Assembly: GCA_016788485.1 (NCBI GenBank)
Contig: JAEUSV010000120.1
Coordinates: 53,744 to 117,743, forward strand
Direction: 5' to 3'
From: Flavobacteriales bacterium
GTDB lineage: Bacteria > Bacteroidota > Bacteroidia > Flavobacteriales_F > PHOS-HE28
DNA length: 64,000 bases
Positions 47,667-59,277 of this stretch are shown here, one piece after another. The position numbers were made by a program, and so were the translations under genes. Each line of letters opens with the position of its first letter. Positions within the stretch are counted from its first letter, which is position 1. The notes under the pieces are model-generated. The model did no database searches. It saw only the letters and a list, made by a program, of their open reading frames with translations, and was not told the origin of the DNA.

Positions 47667-47675
47667 TCAGCGCTG
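47658..47675. repeat. 18-bp perfect palindrome spanning both convergent stop codons
   Basis: The sequence CAGCGCTGA|TCAGCGCTG places the TGA of 45297-47666 and the TCA (reverse-strand TGA) of 47667-48611 in direct contact. Both proteins end in QR. Confidence 0.6.
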
Positions 47676-48611
47676 GGGGGCGGTGCCCCCACAGTGCTCC
47701 AGCAGCATGGCCTCCACCTCGGGCACATCGCCCATGATGCGGGCCAATCCCAGGTCCGCGCAGGCCTTGCTGCGTTCACCCTTGCGGAGGTGGAGCAGTG
47801 CGCGCGTACGAAGCGCGTAGGGGTTCGCCGGATAACTGCGCAGGCTGCGTTCAACGTCCTGCATGGCCTCCTTCTCGCGTCCCAACTTCAACAGCGCATA
47901 GGCGCGGTTGCTCAGCGCCACCGGTTCGTCCTTGTCCAGTTCCAAGGCCTTGTCGCACATGGCGAGCGACTCGTCGTAACGGCCCAGGGCGGCAAGCTCG
48001 AACCCGCGGTTCGACCAATGGCCGATGTTGGCGGGCTCGATGGTGCACAAGGTCTCCAGCACGGTGAGGGCGCTGGCGTGGTCGCCCACAGCGTCATACT
48101 GGCGGGCCAGGGTGCGCATCGCCTCGGGGTCACTGTTGGTGTTCCCCAGTCCCTCGGTAAGGTCCTTGATGGACGCCTCGTGACGCTTCAGTTCAGCACG
48201 GGCCTCCCCGCGCAGGATCAGCAGTTTCTGGCGAAGGCCGCCGTAGGCCCCATGGTCGAGGCCGCGGGTGGCCAGCCGTTCCGCGTGCGACCAGTCCTCG
48301 CCACGGTAGGCGTAGAGCGCCCGCTGGTAGTTGGCCTCCACGCAGGTGGTGTCCAGCTGAAGCGCCTTCTCCGCATCGAGCAGGTAGCGGTCCATGCGGT
48401 CGAGGGCGTACCAGGCCCGTGCCCTGGCGGCATAGGAGGCCGCGTTCGGGCGTACCCGGATGGCGGCATCGTAGGAATCGAGCGCCTTTTGCGGGCGATC
48501 GGCCAGCAACAGGCTGTCGCCCTCCGCGATGTACCGGTCGGCATCCTGGGCGCGCAGGCCTGGCAAGCCCAGGCATATGGCGGCGAGCAGCACGAACGCG
48601 GTCCGGAGCAT
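47667..48611 (-). CDS. secreted TPR-repeat protein
   Basis: The start was re-picked at MLRTAFVLLAAICLGLPGLRAQ. Multiple 34-aa TPR-like units follow (A..Y..A...). Confidence 0.7.
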   Translation of the reverse strand: MLRTAFVLLAAICLGLPGLRAQDADRYIAEGDSLLLADRPQKALDSYDAAIRVRPNAASYAARARAWYALDRMDRYLLDAEKALQLDTTCVEANYQRALYAYRGEDWSHAERLATRGLDHGAYGGLRQKLLILRGEARAELKRHEASIKDLTEGLGNTNSDPEAMRTLARQYDAVGDHASALTVLETLCTIEPANIGHWSNRGFELAALGRYDESLAMCDKALELDKDEPVALSNRAYALLKLGREKEAMQDVERSLRSYPANPYALRTRALLHLRKGERSKACADLGLARIMGDVPEVEAMLLEHCGGTAPQR

Positions 48612-48658
48612 CGGCACAAAAGTAGGCCATGGCCGACCTGCACGAAGCATGCCGCGGC

Positions 48659-49663
48659 TCAGAGGGAAGCCTTCGGCACGATGTCCAACGGGGCGGTGCG
48701 CCCAGCCTCCAGTAGGAAGGCCCCGCCCACGGCGATCATGGCGGCGTTGTCCGTGCAGTAGGCGAGGGGCGGGATGAAGGTGCGCCAGCCCTCGCGCTCA
48801 CCGAGCTCCACCAAGGCCTGTCGCAATCCGCTGTTGGCGCTCACTCCGCCGGCGATGCCAACTCGGGCAAGGCCGTGCGCCTTCATCGCCTGCCGCGTTC
48901 GGGCCAGCAACTGGTCGATGATGGCCTGTTGCAGCACCGCGCACAGGTGGGGCCGCTCCCGTTCCAAGGCCTCCGGTGCCTCGGCCTCCACATTGCGCAC
49001 AAGGTTCAGGAAGGCGGTCTTCACCCCGCTGAAGCTCATGTCGAGCCCGGGAACGGAAGGCATGGGCAGCTTGTACCGTCGTGGGTCGCCCTCCCGCGCC
49101 AGCTTGTCCACCAAGGGCCCTCCGGGGTAGGCCAGTCCCAGCACCTTGGCGCCCTTGTCGAAGGCCTCGCCTGCGGCGTCATCGGTGGTGGAGCCGATCA
49201 CCTCCATGTCCAACGGGGAGCGCACCAGCACCAGCTGGGTATGACCGCCGCTCACGGTGAGGTTCAGGAAGGGGAAGCCGGGCACGGGCCGCGGGTCGCC
49301 ATCACGGACGAAATGCGCCAGCACGTGGGCCTGCACATGGTCCACGGCGAGCAGTGGCACCTTGAGCGCCTGGGCCATGGAGCGGGCGAAGCAGGCACCC
49401 ACGAGCAGGGCGCCGATGAGGCCGGGGCCCTGGGTGAAGGCCACCCCGGAAAGCTGCTGCCGCGCCACACCGGCCTGGCGCAAGGCCTCGTCCACCACCG
49501 GTACGATGTTCTCCTGGTGCGCCCGGGAGGCGAGCTCGGGCACCACACCGCCCCAGGTGCGATGCACTTCCTGGCCGGCGATCACGTTGCTCCTGAGCAC
49601 CCCGTCCACCAGCACGGCGGCAGCGGTCTCGTCGCACGAGCTCTCGATGCCGAGCACGATCAC
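48659..49663 (-). CDS. tsaD: tRNA N6-adenosine threonylcarbamoyltransferase TsaD
   Basis: The start was re-picked at a GTG giving MIVLGIESSCDETAAAV. The track start 49804 adds a non-conserved 47-aa extension. It reads HxxH...GGVSAN...YCTDNAAMIA and is 334 aa long. Confidence 0.85.
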   Translation of the reverse strand: MIVLGIESSCDETAAAVLVDGVLRSNVIAGQEVHRTWGGVVPELASRAHQENIVPVVDEALRQAGVARQQLSGVAFTQGPGLIGALLVGACFARSMAQALKVPLLAVDHVQAHVLAHFVRDGDPRPVPGFPFLNLTVSGGHTQLVLVRSPLDMEVIGSTTDDAAGEAFDKGAKVLGLAYPGGPLVDKLAREGDPRRYKLPMPSVPGLDMSFSGVKTAFLNLVRNVEAEAPEALERERPHLCAVLQQAIIDQLLARTRQAMKAHGLARVGIAGGVSANSGLRQALVELGEREGWRTFIPPLAYCTDNAAMIAVGGAFLLEAGRTAPLDIVPKASL

Positions 49664-49782
49664 CGGTGGTTGCTGGGGCACAGGGTTACCTTTGAAGCTG
49701 CCGGCGCGATGCTTGCACCAGCGCCCAAAACTACGATCACCTGAAGAAGGCCAGGGCCATACTCCGCTGGGCCGGTCGCCTT

Positions 49783-52700
49783 GTGCGCTGGTCGTTCTGG
49801 ACAACGGCTTCCTTCCTGTTCCTGGTGCTGGTGCTGCTGTCCCTGCTGCTCTATCCGACCGTGCAGACCTGGCTCGCCGAGCGGCTCGGGGAGCGGATCT
49901 CCCGAGAACTGGGTGTCACCGTGCACATCGATCGGGTGCAACTGCGGCCCTTCGGCGCGAACCGGCTGCGCGGGGTGTACGTCACCGACCTGCACGGCGA
50001 CACCCTGCTCCATGCCGACGACCTGCGCATCGCGGGCCTCCGCTTCAGGCCGCGGGCCCGGCGCATCGAGCTGCGCAGCCTGGAGCTCCACGATGCCCGT
50101 TTCGCCCTGCGCATGGCCCCGGGCGACAGCACCAGCAACCTCACCCAGCTCCTGGCCCGGATCTCCGGCGAGGACACCACGGCGGCGGGTGAACCGTGGA
50201 CGGTGACCTGCCGTGCCATCGACATCGCCGGACTGCACTTCAGCTTCCACAATGCCAACGTGCCCGTGGCCCCATACGGCGTCGACTTCGAGCACATTGA
50301 TGTCACGAACGCCGTGGTGCTCGGCAGCGATCTGCGCGTGGCCGGGGATTCGGTGCAGGCCGAGCTCGAGCGCGTGAGCCTGCGCGAGCGGAGCGGGTTC
50401 GACCTGCGCGAGCTGCACGGCAGCACCACCGTGAGCCCCCGCGGCATACGCATCGAAGGCATGCGCATCCGCACCCCGGGAACCGCCCTCAACGGTCGCC
50501 TGGCCTTCCAAACACGGAGCTGGGCCGATTACGATGAGTTCACCTCCCGCGTGGACATGCGGCTGGACCTCGACAGCTCGCGGCTGGAGTTCGCGGACGT
50601 GGCGCTCTTCGCCACGGACCTGGAAGGCGTGCAGCTGCCCATCCATGTGCGGGGACGCTTCCGGGGTACCGTGAACGAGCTCAAGGGACGCCAGGTCGAG
50701 ATCGGCTTCGGCAGGCGCTCGTTGTTCCGGGGCAATGCCGACATGAGCGGCCTGCCCGACATCGAGGGCACCTTCATGCTGGTGGACGTGGAGGACCTGC
50801 GCACCAACGCCGGCGACCTGGCCGGGCTGCCCGTGCCGCCCTTCACCAGCGGTGAGCGGCTCAGCGTGCCCGAGGAGGTCGACAGGCTCGGGGACCTGGC
50901 GTTCACCGGGAGCTTCACCGGCTTCGTGAACTCCTTCACCGCCTATGGCCGCACACGCACCGCGGCGGGCACGTTGCGCAGCGACATCACCTACGACAAG
51001 GACACCGTCACCGACGTGGTGCGCTTCAACGGGCGCGTGGCCACGGACGGCTTCGATCTCGGAGCCATGCTGGCCACGCCGTCCCTTGGCCCGCTCGCCT
51101 GCGACCTCAAGCTCGAGGCCTCGGGCCGCGACCTCCGCTCCATGCGCGCCGACCTGGAGGGCGAAGTGCCGCGCTTCACCTTCAACGGCAACGAGGTGAG
51201 CGGCATCACGGTGAAGGGCCGGCTCGAACGCGACCTGTTCAACGGCACGCTCAGCGCGCGCGACAACGACCTCTACCTCGACTTCGATGGACTCGCCGAC
51301 CTGCGCGGCCGCTGGCCGAAGGTGGACTTCAAGGCCGAGGTGCAGCACGCCGACCTGCGCGCCTTCGGCATCATCGGTGGCGAGGGCTACAACAGTGTGA
51401 ACATGCGCGTGGAGGCCCGCGGCGAGCTCGCGCCCGACAGCCTCAAGGGCCAGCTCCACCTGGAGGATGTCACCTATTGCGATGGCGGCATCGACCTGTG
51501 GCTCGGCGACCTCGACCTGCGGAGCGACCGCGTGGCCGGCATGCCCCTGCTCGAGCTCCGCAGCACTGTGTGCGACGCCACCGTCACGGGCGAGTTCCTG
51601 CCCACGCGGTTGCCCGACGCGGCCAAGAGCGTGCTGCTGAGCGTGTTCCCCGCGCTATCGAGCGAGGTGTCCTTCGTGCACGAGGAGCAGCGCTTCGACT
51701 TCGATGTGCGCGTGAAGGAAGCGCAACCCCTGCTCGACCTGGTGGTTCCCGGCCTCACGCTCGCTCCCGGCATGCAGGCCAGTGGGCGCTTCGACAGCCG
51801 GGTCTTCGACCTCGGCATCGATGCACGCATCCCCTTCATCCGCTACGGCGCCCTCAGCGGCGACAGCGTGCATGTGATCCTGGACAAGACCCTTGATGTG
51901 CTTGCGTTCAGTTTCCGCAGCGCGCGGCAGACGATCTCCGACAGCACCTACCTCAGCGGCATCGAGGTCACGGGCAAGGCCTACCAGGACGAGTTCGAGC
52001 TGCTAGCGGGCTGGAGCGGCTCGGACCATGGCACCGAGGGTGAGCTGAACCTCGTGGGCCAGGTGATGGGTCTCCGTTCGCTGGAGATGGACCTGCTGCC
52101 CTCCAAGCTCTACTTCGGCCGGGGGCTCTGGACCAACGATCGCAGGGCGCATGTGCGCCTGGACAGCAGCACGGTGGTGGTGGATTCGCTGGTGATGCGC
52201 AACGAAGGCCAGGAGGTGGTGCTCCACGGCGCCGTATCGCGCGATCCGTCCAAGGCACTGGCCTACGGGCTGCGCGACCTGCGGCTCGAGAACATCATGC
52301 CCTTCTATGATGGGCCGCAGCTGCGTGGCGCCATCAATGGCACCGGGCGGGCCTTCGACCTGTACAATGCACCCCTGGTGATGAGCGAGCTGCGGCTCGA
52401 CAGCTTCATGGTCGGGGAGCGGCGCGTGGGCGACATCCGGGTGAGCGCGGCCTGGAACGAGGAGCAGCGGTACATCGACGTGTCCGGGGCCCTCCAGCGC
52501 GACACGCTCAAGGCCCTCGACTTCGTGGGCATGGTCTCGCCCGGTCACGAGGAGGAGCTCGACCTCACCCTGCTCTTCGACCGGTTCGACCTTTCGTTCA
52601 TCGAGCCCTGGATGCCCGAAGGCCTGAGCCAGGTGGGCGGCAAGCTCACCGGCGATGTGAAGGTGAACGGCAAGCTCGCCGACCCGCAGCTCAACGGCTC

Positions 52701-54183
52701 GCTCATGCTCCAGGACGCCGGCCTGCGGATCGACTACATCAACACACGCTACACGTTCTCGCACCGCATCGACATCCGGCCCACCTACTTCGCCTTCGAC
52801 CTGGTGAAGCTCCGCGACGAGGAGGGCAACACCGGCGTGGCCGTGGGCACGGTGATGCACCGCGCCTTCGGCGATTGGAGCTTCGATGTCACCGTGGACA
52901 TGGAGCGCATGCTCGTGCTCAACACCTCGCTCAGCGACAACGAGCTGTACTACGGCAAGGCCTACGCCAGTGGCAGGCTGGGCTTGGGCGGCTTCGCGGA
53001 CAACATGGAGCTCACGGTGCAGGCCCGCAGCGAGCCGGGCACCAACATCCACTTCCCCTTGGGCGGCAGCCTCGAGGTGGGCAACATCAGTTACGTACGC
53101 TTCCTCAACTACGGCACCTTCGCCGATACCGTGAGCAGCGAGGTGGACCTTTCCGGTGTGCGCCTCGACATGAACGTGGAGGTGACCCCCGACGCCCAGT
53201 TCGAGCTCATCTTCGACCCCACCGTGGGCGACGTGCTCAGCGGGCGCGGCAAGGGCAACCTGGAGATGAGCGTGACCCCTTCCGGCGAGTTCAGCATGAT
53301 GGGCGATGTGGAGGTGGTGGGCGGGGATTACCTCTTCACCCTGCGCAACCTCGTGAACAAGCGCTTCGGCGTGGATCCCGGCGGGCACATCACCTGGTAC
53401 GGCGACCCCTTCGATGCCAGCCTCAACCTGAACGCTGTGTACAAGCTGCGCACCGCGCTCTACGACGTGATGCTCGAGAAGAGCGAGGCCTACAAGAAGC
53501 GTGTGCCGGTGGAGGTGGTGATGCAACTCAAGGACAAGTTGTTGAACCCCGATATCCGCTTCGACGTGCGCCTGCCCAGCGTGGACGAAGGGGTACGCAC
53601 CCAGGTGAACAGCGTGCTCAGCGACCCCGACGAGATGAACAAGCAGGTGTTCTCGCTGATCGTGATGAACAAGTTCACCCCGCCGAGCACCGTGAGCACC
53701 GGGCAGGGCACCGGTGGAGGCACCTTCGCCCAGACCACGGGCAGCGAGATGCTCAGCAACCAGGTGAGCAACTGGCTGAACCGCCTCAGCAACGATTTCG
53801 ACCTCGGGGTCAACTACAGGCCGGGCAACCAGATCACGCAGGACGAACTGGAGGTGGCGGTGAGCACCCAGCTGTTCAACGAGCGCCTGCAACTGAGCAC
53901 CAACGTGGGCTACCAGTCGGCCGCCAGCGCCCGCGACCAGAACCAGTTCATCGGCGACTTCGCGGTGGAGTACCTGCTCACCGATGCGGGCAAGCTGCGC
54001 CTGAAGGCCTTCAGCCAGAGCAACGACCGCAACCTGAACCAGGCGGACCAGGCGCCCACCACGCAGGGCTTCGGCCTGCGCTACCAGGAGGAGTTCGACA
54101 CGCTCCGCGAGTTCTGGCGCAAGATCACCGGGCGGGCACGCAAGCCCGAGGAGGTGAAGGTGCCCGCGGAGGCCGGTCAGTGA
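49783..54183 (+). CDS. tamB: translocation/assembly module TamB-like (DUF490/AsmA-like) protein
   Basis: The 1466-aa ORF has an N-terminal TM anchor ([18 protein letters not shown]) and a long beta-rich body. The C-terminal region has a DUF490-like character. It is divergent from tsaD, as is common in Bacteroidota (from memory). Confidence 0.75.
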   Translation: MRWSFWTTASFLFLVLVLLSLLLYPTVQTWLAERLGERISRELGVTVHIDRVQLRPFGANRLRGVYVTDLHGDTLLHADDLRIAGLRFRPRARRIELRSLELHDARFALRMAPGDSTSNLTQLLARISGEDTTAAGEPWTVTCRAIDIAGLHFSFHNANVPVAPYGVDFEHIDVTNAVVLGSDLRVAGDSVQAELERVSLRERSGFDLRELHGSTTVSPRGIRIEGMRIRTPGTALNGRLAFQTRSWADYDEFTSRVDMRLDLDSSRLEFADVALFATDLEGVQLPIHVRGRFRGTVNELKGRQVEIGFGRRSLFRGNADMSGLPDIEGTFMLVDVEDLRTNAGDLAGLPVPPFTSGERLSVPEEVDRLGDLAFTGSFTGFVNSFTAYGRTRTAAGTLRSDITYDKDTVTDVVRFNGRVATDGFDLGAMLATPSLGPLACDLKLEASGRDLRSMRADLEGEVPRFTFNGNEVSGITVKGRLERDLFNGTLSARDNDLYLDFDGLADLRGRWPKVDFKAEVQHADLRAFGIIGGEGYNSVNMRVEARGELAPDSLKGQLHLEDVTYCDGGIDLWLGDLDLRSDRVAGMPLLELRSTVCDATVTGEFLPTRLPDAAKSVLLSVFPALSSEVSFVHEEQRFDFDVRVKEAQPLLDLVVPGLTLAPGMQASGRFDSRVFDLGIDARIPFIRYGALSGDSVHVILDKTLDVLAFSFRSARQTISDSTYLSGIEVTGKAYQDEFELLAGWSGSDHGTEGELNLVGQVMGLRSLEMDLLPSKLYFGRGLWTNDRRAHVRLDSSTVVVDSLVMRNEGQEVVLHGAVSRDPSKALAYGLRDLRLENIMPFYDGPQLRGAINGTGRAFDLYNAPLVMSELRLDSFMVGERRVGDIRVSAAWNEEQRYIDVSGALQRDTLKALDFVGMVSPGHEEELDLTLLFDRFDLSFIEPWMPEGLSQVGGKLTGDVKVNGKLADPQLNGSLMLQDAGLRIDYINTRYTFSHRIDIRPTYFAFDLVKLRDEEGNTGVAVGTVMHRAFGDWSFDVTVDMERMLVLNTSLSDNELYYGKAYASGRLGLGGFADNMELTVQARSEPGTNIHFPLGGSLEVGNISYVRFLNYGTFADTVSSEVDLSGVRLDMNVEVTPDAQFELIFDPTVGDVLSGRGKGNLEMSVTPSGEFSMMGDVEVVGGDYLFTLRNLVNKRFGVDPGGHITWYGDPFDASLNLNAVYKLRTALYDVMLEKSEAYKKRVPVEVVMQLKDKLLNPDIRFDVRLPSVDEGVRTQVNSVLSDPDEMNKQVFSLIVMNKFTPPSTVSTGQGTGGGTFAQTTGSEMLSNQVSNWLNRLSNDFDLGVNYRPGNQITQDELEVAVSTQLFNERLQLSTNVGYQSAASARDQNQFIGDFAVEYLLTDAGKLRLKAFSQSNDRNLNQADQAPTTQGFGLRYQEEFDTLREFWRKITGRARKPEEVKVPAEAGQ

Positions 54184-55400
54184 CCGCCCTCCAGCCGCAG
54201 GCTGTGCCCCAGCTTGAGCTTCTTGGTGAGGAGGTAGCCGCGGTTGTGCTCGTTGGCCTGCACCTCGATGGGCACGTTCTCCACGATCTCCAGGCCGTAA
54301 CCCACCAGGCCCGTGCGCTTGCGCGGGTTGTTGGTGAGCAGGCGCATCTTGCGCACGCCCAGGTCGAAGAGGATCTGGGCCCCCACACCGTAGTCGCGGG
54401 CGTCCATGTCGAAGCCGAGCATCTGGTTGGCCTCCACGGTGTCGGCGCCGCCCTCCTGCAGCTTGTAGGCGCGCAGCTTGTTCACCAGGCCGATGCCGCG
54501 GCCCTCCTGCTGCATGTACACCACCACGCCGCGGCCCTCCTGCTCGATCATGCGCATGGCCGCGTGCAGCTGCGGGCCGCAGTCGCAGCGCTGGCTGCCG
54601 AAGATGTCGCCGGTGACGCAGCTGCTGTGCACGCGCACCAGCACGGGCTCGTCGGGGCCCCAGCTGCCCTTCACCAGCGCCAGGTGCTCCTCACCGGTGT
54701 TCACCTGCCGGTAGGCGATGAGGTCGAAGTCGCCGTGCTCGGTGGGCAGCTTCACGTCCACCACGCGCTCCACCAGGCGCTCCGTGCGCATGCGGTAGGC
54801 CACGAGGTCGGCGATGCTGATGAGCTTGAGGCCGAAGCGCACGGCGATCTCGCGCAGCTCGGGCAGGCGCGCCATGGTGCCGTCGTCGTTCATGATCTCC
54901 ACGATCATGCCGGCGGGCTCGAGGCCGGCCAGGCGCGCCAGGTCCACGGCGGCCTCGGTGTGGCCGGTGCGCCGCAGCACGCCGCCGTTCCGTGCCTTCA
55001 GGGGGAAGATGTGGCCGGGGCGGGCGAGGTCGTCGGGGCGGGTGGCCGGATCGATCAGGGCCATCATGGTGGCGCTGCGGTCGCTCGCGCTGATGCCGGT
55101 GGTGGTGCCGCGTCCCTTCACGTCCACGCTCACGGTGAAGGGGGTGTGGTGCAGCGCGGTGTTGTCCTGCACCATCAGCTCCAGGCCGAGCTCCTCGCAG
55201 CGCTGCTCGGTGAGCGGGGCGCAGATGAGGCCGCGCCCGTGCTTGGCCATGAAGTTGACCACCTCGGGCGTGGCGTTGCGCGCGGCCGTGAGGAAGTCGC
55301 CCTCGTTCTCGCGGTCCTCATCATCCACCACGATCACCACCTTGCCCTGGCGGATGTCCTCAATGGCGTCCTCGATGCGGTCGAACTCGATCTTGTTCAT
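54177..55400 (-). CDS. ribBA: bifunctional 3,4-dihydroxy-2-butanone-4-phosphate synthase / GTP cyclohydrolase II
   Basis: The 407-aa ORF has a RibB half ([18 protein letters not shown]) and a RibA half ([17 protein letters not shown]). Confidence 0.92.
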   Translation of the reverse strand: MNKIEFDRIEDAIEDIRQGKVVIVVDDEDRENEGDFLTAARNATPEVVNFMAKHGRGLICAPLTEQRCEELGLELMVQDNTALHHTPFTVSVDVKGRGTTTGISASDRSATMMALIDPATRPDDLARPGHIFPLKARNGGVLRRTGHTEAAVDLARLAGLEPAGMIVEIMNDDGTMARLPELREIAVRFGLKLISIADLVAYRMRTERLVERVVDVKLPTEHGDFDLIAYRQVNTGEEHLALVKGSWGPDEPVLVRVHSSCVTGDIFGSQRCDCGPQLHAAMRMIEQEGRGVVVYMQQEGRGIGLVNKLRAYKLQEGGADTVEANQMLGFDMDARDYGVGAQILFDLGVRKMRLLTNNPRKRTGLVGYGLEIVENVPIEVQANEHNRGYLLTKKLKLGHSLRLEGGH

Positions 55401-55458
55401 GGGTGCGGCGCTCGCGGCGGAGCGGGTGCAAAGGTACCGCTGCGCAGGGCCCCGGCGT

Positions 55459-56640
55459 TCACCCGTTGCGGCCGGCGCGGAGCAGCTCCTCCACCATGCC
55501 CGCGCTGCGGTCCCAATCGAACCGGTCGCGCACGAAGCGAAGGCCGCTTTCGGCCAGCCGCGCCCGCTCGTCCTCGTGCTCGAGCAGCCGCAGGATGTGC
55601 GCGGCGTAGTCCTCGGGGTTCTCGCCGATGAGGATGGCCTCGCCGGGCGGGGCGCCCACCGCGTTGTTGGCCAGCGCGGAGGTGATGCAGGGCACGCCCA
55701 TGGCCAGCGCCTCCAGCAGCTTGTTCTGCAGGCCGGTGCCGATCTGCATGGGGGCGCAGAAAAGGCGGGCGCTGGCGTAGCTGTCGCGGATGTCCTTCAC
55801 CCAGCCGCTCACGGTGATCAGCGGGTCGCGGCGCGCCAGCTCGCGCACCTGCGGACTGGGGTCCACGCCGCTGATGAGCAGGGTGGTGCCGGGACGCTTG
55901 CGCCGCACCAGCGGAAGCACACGCCGGGCCAGGTACACCACGCTGTCGATGTTGGGCGGGTAGTTCATGTTGCCCGTGAACAGCAGGTCGTGGGTCTTCG
56001 GGGCCTCACGCGGGCTGAAGTGCTCCAGGTCCACGCCGTTGGGGATCACGGCCACCGAGCCCCGCTCGGGGTGGTAGAGGTACTCGCGGTCCTGGGCCGA
56101 GATGATGATGTTGTGGTCGAACAGGTCGAACATCAGGTTCTCGTAGGCGATCAGGCGGCGGGTCTCGGCGCGGAAGATGGGGCGCAGGTGGAAGGGCGCG
56201 GTCTCCGTGCGGCGCTCCATGCCCTTGCTCAGGGTGTCCATGAAGTCGAGCGTGCGCGGCAGGTCGTGGCGGTGCCGCACGTACTCGGTGGTGCGCACCA
56301 GCTGGCACAGCACGTGGTCGGGGCGGAAGGTGGCGAGCACGCTGTCCATGCGGCGCTGGGCGTGCCGGTGGTGGAAGTAGGCCACCTGGTAGGGCAGGCG
56401 CACGAAGGGGGCGGTGAGCAGGCGCAGGAGCAGGCGCCAGCGCGGGATCCGCACCACCTCGATGTGGTGGCAGATGCCCTTCAGGTGCTCGACGTGCTCG
56501 GCGGCCACGGGCTGGTCGCTCAGGCAGAAGAGATAGATCTCGTGGCGCCGGGCGAGCCGCGACACCAGGTGGTAGGCGCGGAGCTTGTCGCCCTTCTCCA
56601 GCGGATAGGGCACGCGTGAGAGCACCACCAGCAGCTTCAT
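55459..56640 (-). CDS. GT4-family glycosyltransferase
   Basis: The start was re-picked at [23 protein letters not shown]. The C-terminal GT-B half is present. The track start 57135 is a GC-driven extension. Confidence 0.8.
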   Translation of the reverse strand: MKLLVVLSRVPYPLEKGDKLRAYHLVSRLARRHEIYLFCLSDQPVAAEHVEHLKGICHHIEVVRIPRWRLLLRLLTAPFVRLPYQVAYFHHRHAQRRMDSVLATFRPDHVLCQLVRTTEYVRHRHDLPRTLDFMDTLSKGMERRTETAPFHLRPIFRAETRRLIAYENLMFDLFDHNIIISAQDREYLYHPERGSVAVIPNGVDLEHFSPREAPKTHDLLFTGNMNYPPNIDSVVYLARRVLPLVRRKRPGTTLLISGVDPSPQVRELARRDPLITVSGWVKDIRDSYASARLFCAPMQIGTGLQNKLLEALAMGVPCITSALANNAVGAPPGEAILIGENPEDYAAHILRLLEHEDERARLAESGLRFVRDRFDWDRSAGMVEELLRAGRNG

Positions 56641-57836
56641 GCCTTCAGCAGGGTGCGGTAGAAGGCCACCAGTCCGTCGATGATGGGCTTGTCGGAGTAG
56701 CGTTCGTCGATGAGCCTGCGCGCCGCCTGGCCGATGCGGGCCACGCGTGCCGGCTCGTCGAGCAGGGCGGTGATGTGCGCCGCGAAGGCCGCCGGGGTGT
56801 CGGCCAGCAGGATGTCGGTGCCGTCGGTGTGGTCGATGCCTTCCGCGCCCATGTGCGTGCTGATGACGCAACGGCCCATGGCCATGCCCTCCACGATCTT
56901 CACGCGCATGCCGCCCGCGCTGAACAGGGGCACCACCATCACGTGGCGCGCGGCCATGTAGGCGTTGGCGCTCTTCACGCGGCCCTGCACCGTCACACCG
57001 GGCAGGTCGGTGTCCAGCAGGTCCTTGGGCATCTTGTTGCCGGCCAGCTGCAGTTTCGCCTTGGGATGGGTGCGCAGCACACGGGGCCATACCTCCTTCA
57101 GCAGCCAGCGCACGCCCTCCTCGTTGGGCAGCCAATCCATGCTGCCGAGGTGGAAGAAGACGGGGTCGCCCCCGGGCAGGTCAGCCTCGTACTCGGCGGG
57201 GTCCACGCCGAAGGGCACGGTGGTGATGGGCGTGCGGGTGCCGTGCGCGCGGTAGTGCTCCGCGTCCGAAGGGGTGATGGCGGCCACGCCGTCCACGCGG
57301 TCGAGCATCTCCAGCTCGTAGGTCTTGAGCTGCTTGGCGAGGTACTTCCGGTAGGGCTTCTTCAGGAAGTGCCGCTCGCCCGAGGCGATGCGCTCCTGCA
57401 GCACGTGCTCCAGGTTGTGCGAGCGCAGCACGATGGGGGCCCTGGAGTAGCGCCGGATATTGGGGATGTACGGCGTCATGAACAGGCTCTCGAGCTGCAC
57501 GATGTCGAAGGTCTCCTGCGAGAGCAGCCGGATGAGCCGGATGTCGAGGTCGGGGGAGAAGAACCGGCTCACATTGTAGTTCTCGGCGGTGAGCAGGTCG
57601 GTGAAGGCGTCGACCACGTTGATGCTGGTGTCCACGAACACGCCTTCGATGCCGGTGGCCTTGCGGAACGGCTCCGGCACATCGTCGGGCACCAGGGGAT
57701 GCTTGGGGGTGCTCAGGCAGATCACCTTCACCGAGTGCCCGGCGGCGAGCAGGCCGCGGGTGATGTTGTGCATGGCCTTGCTGCCTCCGTCGATTGGAGG
57801 GAAGGGGGGCTTATTGCACAGCTGCAGGATCCGCAT
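56637..57836 (-). CDS. GT4-family glycosyltransferase
   Basis: The start was re-picked at MRILQLCNKPPFPPIDGGSKAM. An ATGA overlap links it to the downstream GT4 gene. It contains EGMAMGRCVIST. Confidence 0.75.
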   Translation of the reverse strand: MRILQLCNKPPFPPIDGGSKAMHNITRGLLAAGHSVKVICLSTPKHPLVPDDVPEPFRKATGIEGVFVDTSINVVDAFTDLLTAENYNVSRFFSPDLDIRLIRLLSQETFDIVQLESLFMTPYIPNIRRYSRAPIVLRSHNLEHVLQERIASGERHFLKKPYRKYLAKQLKTYELEMLDRVDGVAAITPSDAEHYRAHGTRTPITTVPFGVDPAEYEADLPGGDPVFFHLGSMDWLPNEEGVRWLLKEVWPRVLRTHPKAKLQLAGNKMPKDLLDTDLPGVTVQGRVKSANAYMAARHVMVVPLFSAGGMRVKIVEGMAMGRCVISTHMGAEGIDHTDGTDILLADTPAAFAAHITALLDEPARVARIGQAARRLIDERYSDKPIIDGLVAFYRTLLKA

Positions 57837-59256
57837 GGCGGCCGAACCGACGACGGAGCCGGTACCAGCCGCGATAATACGCATCGCGTTCAAAGAGGGG
57901 GCTGTCGGTGGCCGCGCTCCAGGTGAGCCACACGCCGATGGGCAGCAGGCTCAGGGTGCTGATCCACATGCCGGGCCAGGCCTGCAGCTCGCCGGCCACC
58001 ACGAGCTTCTCGGTGCTGAAGCTGATGATGTGGTACACGAGGAAGAAGAGGATGGCGGCCACTGCGGGCAGGCCCATGCCCCCCTTGCGGATGATGGCGC
58101 CGAGCGGCGCGCCGATGAAGAAGAACACCACGCAGGCGAAGGCGAGCTGCAGCTTGCGGTGCCATTCGATGCGGAACTTGGCGATGGTGCGCCGCCGCTC
58201 GCGGTCCTCCTCGGCGATGCGGCCCAGGTGGTCGATGTTGTTGCGCACCAGGTTGCGGGCCGCCTCGTACAGGTCGTGGTGGGCCGCGGCGGCCAGCGCG
58301 GCGGGGTGCGGTGCGGCCTTCGCCAGGGCGGCCTCCGTGCGCCGGTCGGCGCGCAGCACCGACAGCCCGTTGCGCAGGTTGGTCACCTGCTGCTCCATGC
58401 GCTCGGCGTGGCGCAGGCTCAGGCTGTCCTCGGTTCGGCCCAGCTGCCCCAGGGTCAGCATCTTGTAATGGTCCTTGAACAGGTCCTCTTCGGTGCGCTT
58501 CAGCCTCAGCCCGCTCAGGTCGATGCGGATCTCGTCGCGCACGAACCGGCCTTGCAGCATGGGCTGCACACCGCCCTCCAGGCCCGGCTGCTGGTCGCGC
58601 TCGTCGTAGAGCACGCCGTCCTCCAGGGTCAGCAGCATGTACTGGCCGTCGGTGCTGCGCTGCATGCGTCCGCGCTTGGCGCGCAGCACGGTGCGGTTGG
58701 CCTGGAAGGCCTCGCGGTGGTCGTAGATCAGCACGTCCTCCAGCTCACCGCTCTCCTCGTCGCGCGCGCCCACCCGCATGCTGAAGCCCTCGATGCCGTT
58801 GAAGAAGACCCCGGGCTTCAGGGTGAGCGCGGGCTTCTTCCGGGTCACGTCGTACAGCAAGCTCTGGCTCTTGAGGTTGATGACGGGCAGCAGGTTGTTG
58901 CTGAAGAGGAAGGAGAGCCCGGCGATGCCCAGGGTCATCAGGAACAGCGGGAGCATGATGCGGGGCAGGCCCAGCCCGGCGCTCTTCATGGGGGTGAGCT
59001 CGCTGTGCTCGCCCAGGCCGCCCATGGTCATGATGGAGGCGAGCAGCACGGCCAGCGGCATCACCACGGGCACGAAGCCGCAGGTGGCGTACACGATGAG
59101 CTCGGTGAGCACGGTCCACGGCAGGCCCTTGCCCATCAGCTCGTCCACCCACTTCCACAGCCATTGCATGCTGAAGAGGAAGAGGACGATGACGAAGGTG
59201 ATGGAGAGGGGGCCCCAGAAGGCCCCGATGAGCATGCGGTGAAGCCGTTTCATCAA
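57811..59256 (-). CDS. LptF/LptG-family (YjgP/YjgQ) LPS-export permease
   Basis: The 481-aa ORF has N-terminal TM helices, a periplasmic beta-jellyroll-like middle and C-terminal TM helices. Confidence 0.75.
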   Translation of the reverse strand: MMKRLHRMLIGAFWGPLSITFVIVLFLFSMQWLWKWVDELMGKGLPWTVLTELIVYATCGFVPVVMPLAVLLASIMTMGGLGEHSELTPMKSAGLGLPRIMLPLFLMTLGIAGLSFLFSNNLLPVINLKSQSLLYDVTRKKPALTLKPGVFFNGIEGFSMRVGARDEESGELEDVLIYDHREAFQANRTVLRAKRGRMQRSTDGQYMLLTLEDGVLYDERDQQPGLEGGVQPMLQGRFVRDEIRIDLSGLRLKRTEEDLFKDHYKMLTLGQLGRTEDSLSLRHAERMEQQVTNLRNGLSVLRADRRTEAALAKAAPHPAALAAAAHHDLYEAARNLVRNNIDHLGRIAEEDRERRRTIAKFRIEWHRKLQLAFACVVFFFIGAPLGAIIRKGGMGLPAVAAILFFLVYHIISFSTEKLVVAGELQAWPGMWISTLSLLPIGVWLTWSAATDSPLFERDAYYRGWYRLRRRFGRHADPAAVQ

Positions 59257-59277
59257 CGCTCGGAACGCGCGGGGTGC

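Noticed and set aside
49660-55631. Reverse and alternate-frame ORFs over tamB and ribBA (49660-51459, 52003-53892, 52875-55631, 54814-56619)
   Set aside because: The tamB and ribBA frames are full-length and conserved. The alternatives are R/G/H-rich with no motifs.
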